A DNA stretch of 64,000 nucleotides from Candidatus Microgenomates bacterium. Its GTDB lineage: Bacteria > Patescibacteriota > Microgenomatia > UBA8517. Positions within the stretch are counted from its first letter, which is position 1. The number at the start of each line of letters is the position of its first letter. The stretch lies in the NCBI GenBank assembly GCA_016784385.1, contig JADHUT010000001.1:20547-84546 (forward strand). Direction: 5' to 3'. Shown in pieces: positions 1-7,226 of this stretch. The notes below the pieces were generated by a model, which worked only from the letters and a program-made list of their open reading frames with translations, ran no database searches and was not told the DNA's origin. The position numbers and the translations under genes are program-made.

Positions 1-309
1 ATTTTTTTCATGCAGATGGGATTATATTAGTAGTTCCTTTTCTTTGCAAGCTTATTCTCAAACTTTAGTCTGTACAGTTTTTCCTTTTTTTTCTCAGATT
101 TTTTCTTAAATCTTTCCCTTTCTCTCAACTCAGGAAGTAATCCAGTAGAAATAGTTTTTTTTCTAAAGCGCGTCAACAGAGCATCATCTGATTCACCTTT
201 TTTCTTTTTTACAATAAACATAATTTATATAACCAACCCCCTTTTTAATTAAGGTTTTTATTTTACCATCTTTATCCAAATTATGGTATGATATTTTTTA
301 CTTGCAAAA

Positions 310-1320
310 ATGAGCAAAAACAAGAAAGCTTTAATAACTGGAATCACAGGTCAAGACGGTAGTTACTTGGCAGAGTTTTTGCTTGATAAAGGCTACGAAG
401 TTTCAGGAATTGTTAGAAAAACTTCACATGAAGACTACGCAAATATAGGCCATATTCAAGATGATTTAAAATTATTCCAAGGAGATCTGTTGGATCCAAT
501 ATCTTTGCGAGAAATTATACAAAAGGTTAACCCTGGTGAAGTATATAATTTAGCTGCACAAAGCCACCCCTCAGAGTCTTTCAAACAGCCAATACACACA
601 GCTGAAATTACAGGTCTTGGAGCACACAGGGTTTTGGACGCAATTTTGGATGTAAATCCAAAAGCAAAGTTTTACCAGGCTTCTAGTTCAGAAATGTTTG
701 GTTGGGTAAGAGAAATCCCACAAAATGAAGAAACTCCTTTTAATCCTGCAAACCCATATGCAGCTGCAAAATTATATGCATACGCGATGGTTAGGATATA
801 CAGAAAAAGCTATGACATGTTTGCTTGCAATGGGGTTCTTTTTAATCATGAAAGTCCAAGGCGACACTTAGGGTTTGTCACACAAAAAGTAGCATACGCT
901 GCAGCTTGTGCTAAATTAGGTATTAAAAACAGTGATCATCTAAACGAGGAAGGGGAATTGGTTGTAAAAAATGGAAAAGTAGCTCTTGGAAATTTGGAAG
1001 CTAAAAGAGATTGGGGTTTTGCAGGGGATTATGTTGAAGGTATGTGGATGATGATGCAAGCTGACAAACCAGACGATTTTGTGCTTGCAACAGGGGAGAC
1101 ACACAGCATCGAAGAGCTTTGCAAAGAAAGTTTTGACTACGTAGGTCTTGATTGGAAAGACTATGTGGAGGTAGATAAAAGATTTATAAGACCAACTGAA
1201 ACAGGACCATTAGTAGGAGATGCAAAAAAAGCAAAGAAAATATTAAATTGGGAACCAAAAACTACATTCAAGGAGTTAGTTAAAATAATGGTAGATGCAC
1301 ACGTTGCAAAGTTAAAGTAA
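310..1320 (+). CDS. gmd: GDP-mannose 4,6-dehydratase
   Basis: N-term Rossmann GITGQDGSYLAEFLL; short-chain dehydratase family sequence over full 336 aa. Confidence 0.85.
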   Translation: MSKNKKALITGITGQDGSYLAEFLLDKGYEVSGIVRKTSHEDYANIGHIQDDLKLFQGDLLDPISLREIIQKVNPGEVYNLAAQSHPSESFKQPIHTAEITGLGAHRVLDAILDVNPKAKFYQASSSEMFGWVREIPQNEETPFNPANPYAAAKLYAYAMVRIYRKSYDMFACNGVLFNHESPRRHLGFVTQKVAYAAACAKLGIKNSDHLNEEGELVVKNGKVALGNLEAKRDWGFAGDYVEGMWMMMQADKPDDFVLATGETHSIEELCKESFDYVGLDWKDYVEVDKRFIRPTETGPLVGDAKKAKKILNWEPKTTFKELVKIMVDAHVAKLK

Positions 1321-1321
1321 G

Positions 1322-1495
1322 TCAGCTTTCTTCTTCAGAAGGTTGGTCATCTTCTTTTTCCCAAACTTCACCTTCTGTTTCAATGTTGACTTTGCTTGCT
1401 TTAGCTATTTCAGATATATCTTCTATTGAAAATTTACCACCCTTTTTTTCTCGAAGTTTTGTGATTTTATCAAAAATAGTTTTTTCTTTTGACAT
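1322..1495 (-). CDS. hypothetical small acidic protein (58 aa), not in ORF track
   Basis: ATG at 1495-1493 (minus), stop TGA at 1324-1322; MSKEKTIFDKITKLREKKGGKFSIEDISEIAKASKVNIETEGEVWEKEDDQPSEEES; convergent with gmd. Confidence 0.3.
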   Translation of the reverse strand: MSKEKTIFDKITKLREKKGGKFSIEDISEIAKASKVNIETEGEVWEKEDDQPSEEES

Positions 1496-1639
1496 AGTTA
1501 TATATTATACCAGATATATCTGAACAAGAAAAAAAATAGCTATAAATCCAATTATCCACAAAGTTACATAAGACTATATAGAATAACCGTCAAACAAATT
1601 GACGTTGAAGTTTTAGAACAGAAAGTTGAAAAACTAGAA

Positions 1640-1885
1640 CATAAATTCGTTACGGCATAAAGATTTTTAAAACAGGACACTTCTTTTACAGGTCGTAATA
1701 GAGTTTTATGGTCTTTTTTCAAAGTGGTCGTATTCGGGCCAAAACAAAGGCGTATTTCCCTGTGGGCAGAGCTATACCGAAAAATTAGAACCCAACTTTG
1801 CGATCTATGAGCTCGCCCCTGCGGGGCTCGCTTTCGCTCCGGCTCGTCACTTCGTTCCTCGCCTTCGAGTATTTTTTTTGTGCTT
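1640..1885 (+). other. GC-rich structured segment. Inverted, diverged partial copy of the GC-rich internal segment of the putative RNase P RNA (4570-4720). Ends in a hairpin plus T-run
   Basis: 1810-1845 gagctcgcccctgcggggctcgctttcgctccggctcg matches revcomp of 4617-4653 at about 30/33 nt; weaker colinear similarity extends about 130 nt; ctcgccttcgag followed by tattttttttg at 1857-1880. Confidence 0.5.
1711..1769 (+). repeat. direct repeat copy A (about 60 nt, about 90% identical to 2291-2354)
   Basis: cttttttcaaagtggtcgtattcgggcc..aaaacaaaggcgtatttccctgtgggcag vs copy B. Confidence 0.7.
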
Positions 1886-2011
1886 TTGATCAAACAGTAG
1901 TTTGATATTGTTCTTGCCCCACCCAGCCCAGCGCGAACAATTTATTTATAATTTAAAAAGTACTCCCAAATTTCACATTTGAAATCTTGTTTTCAGGTGT
2001 TAATATGAATT

Positions 2012-2242
2012 ATGGCTGACAATAAAATGCTCCAAATGATTCTAGATAGAATAATTTCTTTAGAAAAAAAGGTTGGGGAAGGGAACAAAGAACTAAAAAC
2101 TGAAATACTTGAAAATAGAAAAAGAATTGAAAAGTTTGGTGTGGGTTTGGCGGCGCTTTCAGATGATGCTCCAACAGTAGAGGAATTTGATGAATTAGAT
2201 AAAAGAGTTGGAAAACTAGAGCATCAGCTTGCTGCACTGTAA
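2012..2242 (+). CDS. hypothetical small coiled-coil protein (76 aa)
   Basis: ORF with aggtg 13 nt upstream of ATG; heptad-like charged sequence; lies inside the repeat-bracketed segment. Confidence 0.4.
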   Translation: MADNKMLQMILDRIISLEKKVGEGNKELKTEILENRKRIEKFGVGLAALSDDAPTVEEFDELDKRVGKLEHQLAAL

Positions 2243-2290
2243 AAATTCACAACCAAACTCCATCTACAGGTCTTAATGGGTGTCTTTACG

Positions 2291-2354
2291 ACCTTTTTTG
2301 ATAGTGGCCGTATTCGGGCGGCCACAAAACAAAAGCGTATTTCCCTGTGGGCAG
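2291..2354 (+). repeat. direct repeat copy B, abutting/overlapping the 3' end of tRNA-Trp
   Basis: ccttttttgatagtggccgtattcgggcggccacaaaacaaaagcgtatttccctgtgggcag; contains hairpin gtggccg-cccgaata-cggccac. Confidence 0.7.
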
Positions 2355-2421
2355 GGGCGAAGGGAATCGAACCCCTATCTAGTCTTTTGGAGAGACTTAT
2401 TCTACCGTTAAACTACGCCCC
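2353..2421 (-). tRNA. trnW: tRNA-Trp (anticodon CCA)
   Basis: minus strand GGGGCGTAGTTTAACGGTAGAATAAGTCTCTCCAAAAGACTAGATAGGGGTTCGATTCCCTTCGCCCCT; cloverleaf with anticodon loop CUCCAAA; closely parallels E. coli tRNA-Trp; CCA not encoded. Confidence 0.85.
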
Positions 2422-2447
2422 TATGATTCGAATTATACCTTAAAAAG

Positions 2448-2475
2448 TTGAAAATATGAACAAATGTATTATAAT
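2448..2475 (+). promoter_or_regulatory. sigma70-like promoter TTGAAA-16nt-TATAAT ending 5 nt before ATG 2481 (leaderless transcript likely)
   Basis: TTGAAA 2448-2453, TATAAT 2470-2475. Confidence 0.5.
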
Positions 2476-2480
2476 AAGTT

Positions 2481-2681
2481 ATGGGACTCACAGATGTAGA
2501 AAAACAAGATTTGCTTGAATCTTTTACTGGGGATGTACTAGATGGAAATACGTATGAAAAAAATCCTAAGCGAAAAGGGAGTTTTAAGGACAAAGAAGGA
2601 TCAAGGCCTCCTCTAAATTTAGGAAAAGAGGCTGGACAGGCTACTTCTAAATCTGGTTTTCCAAAAGGGAAAGTGTTTTGA
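2481..2681 (+). CDS. hypothetical small basic protein (66 aa)
   Basis: ORF directly behind strong promoter; no recognisable domain. Confidence 0.4.
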   Translation: MGLTDVEKQDLLESFTGDVLDGNTYEKNPKRKGSFKDKEGSRPPLNLGKEAGQATSKSGFPKGKVF

Positions 2682-2686
2682 GCTCA

Positions 2687-2929
2687 TTAGTTGACAGAAG
2701 ATAGAATCTTTCGTGCGTCTTTTGATGTTATAACTTTATCATCTTTCATTTGTAATATCGATCTTCTAAACCTCATACTCTCCTCTTCATTTACTCTTGA
2801 TGTCGTATCGGTCACGGTCATGGTGTGGGGATGCTCAATCTTTCCCAGATCTCTACCGGGCTCAGGAAAAGCACAATCACCTGCAGGCATTTTAGCAGCA
2901 CGATTAAATATTTGTTCTAGTTTTCCCAT
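2687..2929 (-). CDS. hypothetical protein (80 aa)
   Basis: charged protein-like composition; convergent with 2481-2681; antisense ORF 2691-2939 judged spurious. Confidence 0.4.
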   Translation of the reverse strand: MGKLEQIFNRAAKMPAGDCAFPEPGRDLGKIEHPHTMTVTDTTSRVNEEESMRFRRSILQMKDDKVITSKDARKILSSVN

Positions 2930-2949
2930 GGTTTACTAATTATATATCT

Positions 2950-3135
2950 TTATTTCAACTTTGAAGACTCTTTGTGTGAAGTTACTTTTTTACAGGTTTG
3001 GCAGTGTTTGTTAAGTTCTAGTTTTCCATTACCCTTTACATCCATATTAACTTTGTTACGTGTGGTCACGTAATTTTGTGATTTACACTCCTTGCAGATC
3101 ATTGCTACTATTTCTCTTGCTCCTTTTTTTGCCAT
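2950..3135 (-). CDS. rpmG: 50S ribosomal protein L33
   Basis: MAKKGAREIVAMICKECKSQNYVTTRNK...LELNKHCQTCKKVTSHKE, Cys4 L33 pattern. Confidence 0.85.
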   Translation of the reverse strand: MAKKGAREIVAMICKECKSQNYVTTRNKVNMDVKGNGKLELNKHCQTCKKVTSHKESSKLK

Positions 3136-3175
3136 GAGAGGAATTATATCACAAAGAGAATTTTAAAAAAGTGGG

Positions 3176-3246
3176 AGCCTAGTAAGAGAATCGAACTCTT
3201 GTCTTACCCTTACCATGGGCACGTTCTACCATTGAACTAACCAGGC
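3176..3246 (-). tRNA. trnT: tRNA-Thr (anticodon GGT)
   Basis: minus strand GCCTGGTTAGTTCAATGGTAGAACGTGCCCATGGTAAGGGTAAGACAAGAGTTCGATTCTCTTACTAGGCT; anticodon loop AUGGUAA. Confidence 0.85.
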
Positions 3247-3290
3247 TAGTATCGAATTTGGATTATATCATTTTATTTAAATGGTTTCTT

Positions 3291-3320
3291 TCTGAAAAGA
3301 AGAGGGGATTTTGGTATAAT
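3291..3320 (+). promoter_or_regulatory. extended -10 promoter (TGgTATAAT) for tRNA-Thr/Tyr operon
   Basis: TATAAT 3315-3320 with TG at 3312-3313; weak -35 ctgaaa; tRNA starts 3331. Confidence 0.5.
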
Positions 3321-3330
3321 ACAATTTCAT

Positions 3331-3402
3331 GCCGGGGTAGCTCAGGGGTAGAGCGATGCTTTTGTAAAGCATATGTCGGGGGTTCGAATCCTCTCTCCGG
3401 CT
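3331..3402 (+). tRNA. trnT: tRNA-Thr (anticodon TGT)
   Basis: GCCGGGGTAGCTCAGGGGTAGAGCGATGCTTTTGTAAAGCATATGTCGGGGGTTCGAATCCTCTCTCCGGCT; anticodon loop UUUGUAA. Confidence 0.85.
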
Positions 3403-3427
3403 CATCCTGTAACATAATTTGTTATAC

Positions 3428-3512
3428 GCTGGGATGGCAGAGTGGTCAATTGCACAAGACTGTAAATCTTGCGTCCGGAAGGGCTACCTAGGTTCGAATC
3501 CTAGTCCCAGCA
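3428..3512 (+). tRNA. trnY: tRNA-Tyr (anticodon GTA), long variable arm
   Basis: GCTGGGATGGCAGAGTGGTCAATTGCACAAGACTGTAAATCTTG...CTAGGTTCGAATCCTAGTCCCAGCA. Confidence 0.85.
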
Positions 3513-3578
3513 CTGAGTAGGACATTTGGATAAAACCCTATTGTCACCCCAGCTAGTGAATTGTGATGATTTTTTATA

Positions 3579-4337
3579 TCAATCTGAACACCATTGTTTC
3601 TTGGTGTTTAAGTATATATCATAATCGTCTCGATTTTGTTCAACAAATTTTTCCACGAAGTCTCTATTTAATGAGAAATTTGGTTTAGTGGTTACGTTAG
3701 TTTTTTTTAATCGATACTTTTTTTTTGTTCTGTTAATTCGTGCGCAATATTCTTCTAATGACTCTACAACACCTATTACTGAAAAATCTGTCCACGAAAG
3801 TGGCTTAATGTATTTTGTTTGATAGTTAGCGAGAGAGTCATCTAAAAGATAATCGGCCAGAGATAGTTTCGTTTCTATTCCAATTGCCCACTCAGGTAAA
3901 GGTCTACCTGAACTACTTCTTTGATTCACATAAAAATATTGAGAAATGGCTCGTTCTAGAGGATTTCTTATAACAGTGATTAGTTTTGCCTCAGAATATT
4001 TACCTGCAAACTCTAAAGCTTTGTGTCCGTGAATTACGCGCCATTCGTCACCAACCTCGTCAACAAGACTCTGTGGTTTTAAAGGTGGTTTAATTAATCG
4101 ATAGAATTTAATTCTATCCTCTGTACTCAGTAAAAAAGTTTTCAACTTAGACAAGATCGGAAATCTTGCTTCTAAACTTACACTTTCTGATGCATGGAAT
4201 AAACCACCTTTATCACGATAATGTAGATACACTGAATTTTGTGGAAAAGATTCTGAGAAAAAAATTCTTGTTGAATATCCCCCTGTTTTGGGAATATGTT
4301 CACTAATATACTTTGTTTGTGTTTCTTTGTTTGACAC
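3579..4337 (-). CDS. sulfotransferase family protein
   Basis: 5'-PSB-like PKTGGYST and 3'-PB-like VIRNPLERAISQY motifs typical of PAPS-dependent sulfotransferases. Confidence 0.6.
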   Translation of the reverse strand: MSNKETQTKYISEHIPKTGGYSTRIFFSESFPQNSVYLHYRDKGGLFHASESVSLEARFPILSKLKTFLLSTEDRIKFYRLIKPPLKPQSLVDEVGDEWRVIHGHKALEFAGKYSEAKLITVIRNPLERAISQYFYVNQRSSSGRPLPEWAIGIETKLSLADYLLDDSLANYQTKYIKPLSWTDFSVIGVVESLEEYCARINRTKKKYRLKKTNVTTKPNFSLNRDFVEKFVEQNRDDYDIYLNTKKQWCSD

Positions 4338-4385
4338 GGGAATTTGTTATTAATATTTGACGAATTGTATCATAAATTTTTTTTT

Positions 4386-4895
4386 AGTGAAATCATATAC
4401 CGTCCGTATGGACGGTAACATGGATGAAATACCATATAATTGGGTAGTTTATGACATTGAAAAAGTGTTGGACGGATATCCTAACCAGCGTTAGCTGGTT
4501 ACCCCACATCCTTTTACGGGGTGAAATTATAAATCACAGCGAAGCTGTGTACCTGCCGGAGGCAGGAAAAATCGCGTCTTAAAAAACAAGCGGAGACGAG
4601 GCCAAAGGCCGAGGCGGAGCGCAAGCGAGCCCCGGCAGGGGCGGTGGGAGCTCAATAAACTCGCACATATTCGTTTCGAATTTGTGCGTACCAGAGCACA
4701 GAGTAGAGTATTATTACTGAGCTTCAAAAAATGGTCCCAATTATCAGAAGAGCCCGGTGAACTTCCTGGGTTATCCAGGTGGGTAGGCTGCTTGATACCT
4801 TTACGGTACCTAGACTCACCTTCCCTTATTCAACGATTAGTCAGGAAGATCTGACCAAAACTCCAATGTTAAAAGGGACCAAATACATTATATAT
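4386..4895 (+). ncRNA. rnpB: RNase P RNA (bacterial type A-like) with GC-rich insert; ends approximate
   Basis: in E. coli M1 order: P3-like hairpin ccgtccgtatggacgg (4400-4415); GGGTGAAA (4514); CGGAGACGAGGCCAAAGG resembling CGGAGCAAGGCCAAAUAGG (4592); exact 15-mer GGGTAGGCTGCTTGA of the P15 CCA-binding region (4781-4795); AT-rich P4 candidates GAAAAAGTGTTGGA / CTCCAATGTTAAAAG. Confidence 0.55.
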
Positions 4896-4908
4896 TGTTA
4901 GGTCAATG

Positions 4909-5538
4909 TTAGACTAGTGGCACTTGTGGAAGAAGTATGTTTATGAAGAAGCTGATGGTTGGTGAAATTATTCTTGAAACCAGGGATCCTCCACCAAAAC
5001 TAGGTAGAATAAGTAAAAATAGTATAACCATCCCATACCTATTTAAAAATAACTCAACGCTCCGAGCTTCTCTTTGGGGCAGTATTCCAACCAGTATTTT
5101 ACCTCCATCCAAAGGATGAACTGGAATGAGGTTAAAGATAGCTAGTGCTACATTTAATATTACAAAAGGAACTGCAATGGCAGAAAGAAGAGGTGAGAAT
5201 CTCGCAAATATTGAAATTACTATTGCAAGGATTAGATTTGATGCAGGTCCCGCCAAAGAGATCAATGCTGAATCACGCCTTGGATTTTTAAGATTATACG
5301 GATCAAATTGCACAGGCTTGGCCCATCCAAATGGTATTACAGGGGCTCCTAGATAGCGCATGATAGCTAGTACTAATAGTAGTGTTGTCCCCACAGGATC
5401 ATAGTGAACAAGGGGATTTAGTGACAATCTACCAGTAAGTCTGGGTGTTGGGTCACCAAGTCTGTCAGCCATCCAAGCATGAGATGCCTCATGTATGGTA
5501 ATGGCAATTGCAAAAGCTAGTATCCAAATAACAATCAT
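4909..5538 (-). CDS. site-2 protease family zinc metalloprotease (peptidase M50)
   Basis: HEASHA (HExxH) in TM helix, multi-TM, LDGG motif. Confidence 0.8.
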   Translation of the reverse strand: MIVIWILAFAIAITIHEASHAWMADRLGDPTPRLTGRLSLNPLVHYDPVGTTLLLVLAIMRYLGAPVIPFGWAKPVQFDPYNLKNPRRDSALISLAGPASNLILAIVISIFARFSPLLSAIAVPFVILNVALAIFNLIPVHPLDGGKILVGILPQREARSVELFLNRYGMVILFLLILPSFGGGSLVSRIISPTISFFINILLPQVPLV

Positions 5539-5606
5539 TGATCAATTTCTGTTCATCTAGTATAATCCAAATCTGGTTTTTAGTCAGCAAGGAATTAATC
5601 ACACAC

Positions 5607-5819
5607 ATGGCATATATTTGTAGTAATTGTAAAAAAGGGACAGTACACGGGGCAAGCAGGTCTCACAGACGTGGTGTGGCTGGAAAAAGGTGGAAAAAAA
5701 GAGCACAAGAAATAAAGAGACTATTTAAACCAAATCTTCAAAAACATGATGGAGTCCTTCTGTGTACCAAGTGTATTAAAAAGCTGAATAACCCCCTTCT
5801 TGGTAAAAAAGAAAAATAA
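5607..5819 (+). CDS. rpmB: 50S ribosomal protein L28
   Basis: MAYICSNCKKGTVHGASRSHRRGVAGKRWKKRAQEIKRLFKPNLQ; internal start chosen within ORF 5538-5819. Confidence 0.8.
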   Translation: MAYICSNCKKGTVHGASRSHRRGVAGKRWKKRAQEIKRLFKPNLQKHDGVLLCTKCIKKLNNPLLGKKEK

Positions 5820-5821
5820 AT

Positions 5822-6661
5822 TTACTTTTCAATTAAGTAGGCTTCTTTGAATTGTTTCCAGGAAACTGGATTTTTTCCTTCAAGTTGAACCTCATCTAAA
5901 ACGAGTTTGTTTTCTTTTGTGTGACATTTTAGTATCTTCAATCTTTTTTGTTGTTTTTCTGTCTTTGATTTATTTATTTCTATGTTTGTCCATATTCCAG
6001 GCCAAGGTGTGTATGCCTTCATCTTTCTAACAATTAACTCTGGATCATCTTTTTTTAAATCCACAAATCCATCTCTTTTGGTTATTATTTTTGTATAAGT
6101 GGCATCAGCGTCGTTTTGAGGTTTCGGCCCAATGATATTTTTTTGGTAGAGGGGGAGTATTTCAACAAGTATATTTTTTGATCTATCAAAAAGTCTAACC
6201 CTCAAAGTTTCGGCAGTATCGCTTTTTTGTAGTTCATCTTTAAATGAAGTTATGATTGGCCCTCCATCCATTTTATCGGTTAATTTTATAATAGTAGCCC
6301 CCACGCTTTGGGGTTCCTCGATGATATTTTGCTGGACAGGGGAAGCACCTCTGAATTTGGGCAATAAGGACGGGTGAATATTTAAGATTCCAAGGGGAAA
6401 TTTGTTTAGAATTTTATTAGGTATTATTTTTCCATATGAGGCCAGTATTCCTATATCTGCAGGAGGAATTTCGTCAAAATTAAAGTGAATCGGAATATTT
6501 TTCTGGTGAGCATACTTATCAACTGCTGAGAATGTTTTTATTTTTTTCCTGCCAGCTATCTTGGGAGATTTTGTCACAACTGCAACTATTTCATGATATT
6601 TTTTTAGTTCCTTGAGGATGGGAACTACATATTGGGGGGTTCCAAAAAAAACTATTTTCAT
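5822..6661 (-). CDS. fmt: methionyl-tRNA formyltransferase
   Basis: MKIVFFGTP N-term, HPSLLPKFRGASPVQ motif; start at internal Met abutting def stop. Confidence 0.85.
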   Translation of the reverse strand: MKIVFFGTPQYVVPILKELKKYHEIVAVVTKSPKIAGRKKIKTFSAVDKYAHQKNIPIHFNFDEIPPADIGILASYGKIIPNKILNKFPLGILNIHPSLLPKFRGASPVQQNIIEEPQSVGATIIKLTDKMDGGPIITSFKDELQKSDTAETLRVRLFDRSKNILVEILPLYQKNIIGPKPQNDADATYTKIITKRDGFVDLKKDDPELIVRKMKAYTPWPGIWTNIEINKSKTEKQQKRLKILKCHTKENKLVLDEVQLEGKNPVSWKQFKEAYLIEK

Positions 6662-7203
6662 ACTATTGTAACTTCTTCCCACTCTTCATTTTTATCAATT
6701 CTGTAAAGTTTCTTTTTTTGCTCTATAAGTTTGTCCACAAACAATATTCCATCTAAATGATCTACCTCATGCAATATTATTTGTGCGTGAAAATCTTCAA
6801 ATATTTCAATCATATCTTCACCTTTTTCGCTTAAGTATTTAAGAGTTACCCTGTTTGCTCTTTTAAGTGGTCCGTAGTAGCTAGGTAGAGATAAACACCC
6901 TTCTAATATTTCATGCTCATGGTCGTGTGCTTTGATGGTCTTTTTCTTTGTCTTTGTTTTTTCAACTTTAATTATTTGTGGATTTATGACAAGCCTGGAA
7001 AAACCTTCGAAATCAACCCAAAACATTCTAATATTTTTGCCTATCTGTGGGGCAGCTAAACCGACTCCGGCAGGCTCTTTTTGAGCTTTTAGTGTGTCTT
7101 TAAGGTCAGTGATTATTGTTTTTATTTTTTTGTCAACAGACCCAACGGGTTTTGAAATTTGTCTCAATTTTTTGTCTGTAGAAGGCACAATTTTTTTAAC
7201 CAT
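6658..7203 (-). CDS. def: peptide deformylase
   Basis: GVGLAAPQIG, EGCLSLP, HEVDHLDG motifs. Confidence 0.9.
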   Translation of the reverse strand: MVKKIVPSTDKKLRQISKPVGSVDKKIKTIITDLKDTLKAQKEPAGVGLAAPQIGKNIRMFWVDFEGFSRLVINPQIIKVEKTKTKKKTIKAHDHEHEILEGCLSLPSYYGPLKRANRVTLKYLSEKGEDMIEIFEDFHAQIILHEVDHLDGILFVDKLIEQKKKLYRIDKNEEWEEVTIV

Positions 7204-7226
7204 GGTCTAATTATACAGTTTTTCGG

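Noticed and set aside
1564-1893. 109-aa minus-strand ORF
   Set aside because: Lies entirely in the GC-rich rnpB-like fragment and repeat; composition looks like a chance ORF in GC-rich structured DNA.
3258-3491. 77-aa plus-strand ORF
   Set aside because: Overlaps tRNA-Thr(TGT) and tRNA-Tyr.
4527-4727. 66-aa minus-strand ORF (Arg/Leu/Pro-rich)
   Set aside because: Falls inside the GC-rich insert of the putative RNase P RNA; typical spurious ORF.
4575-4900. RNase P RNA on the minus strand (P4-like AGGAAGTTCACCGGGCTC)
   Set aside because: Three independent conserved motifs, including an exact P15 15-mer, occur in the correct order only on the plus strand. The minus-strand match is the complement of the plus-strand P5/P4-like segment.
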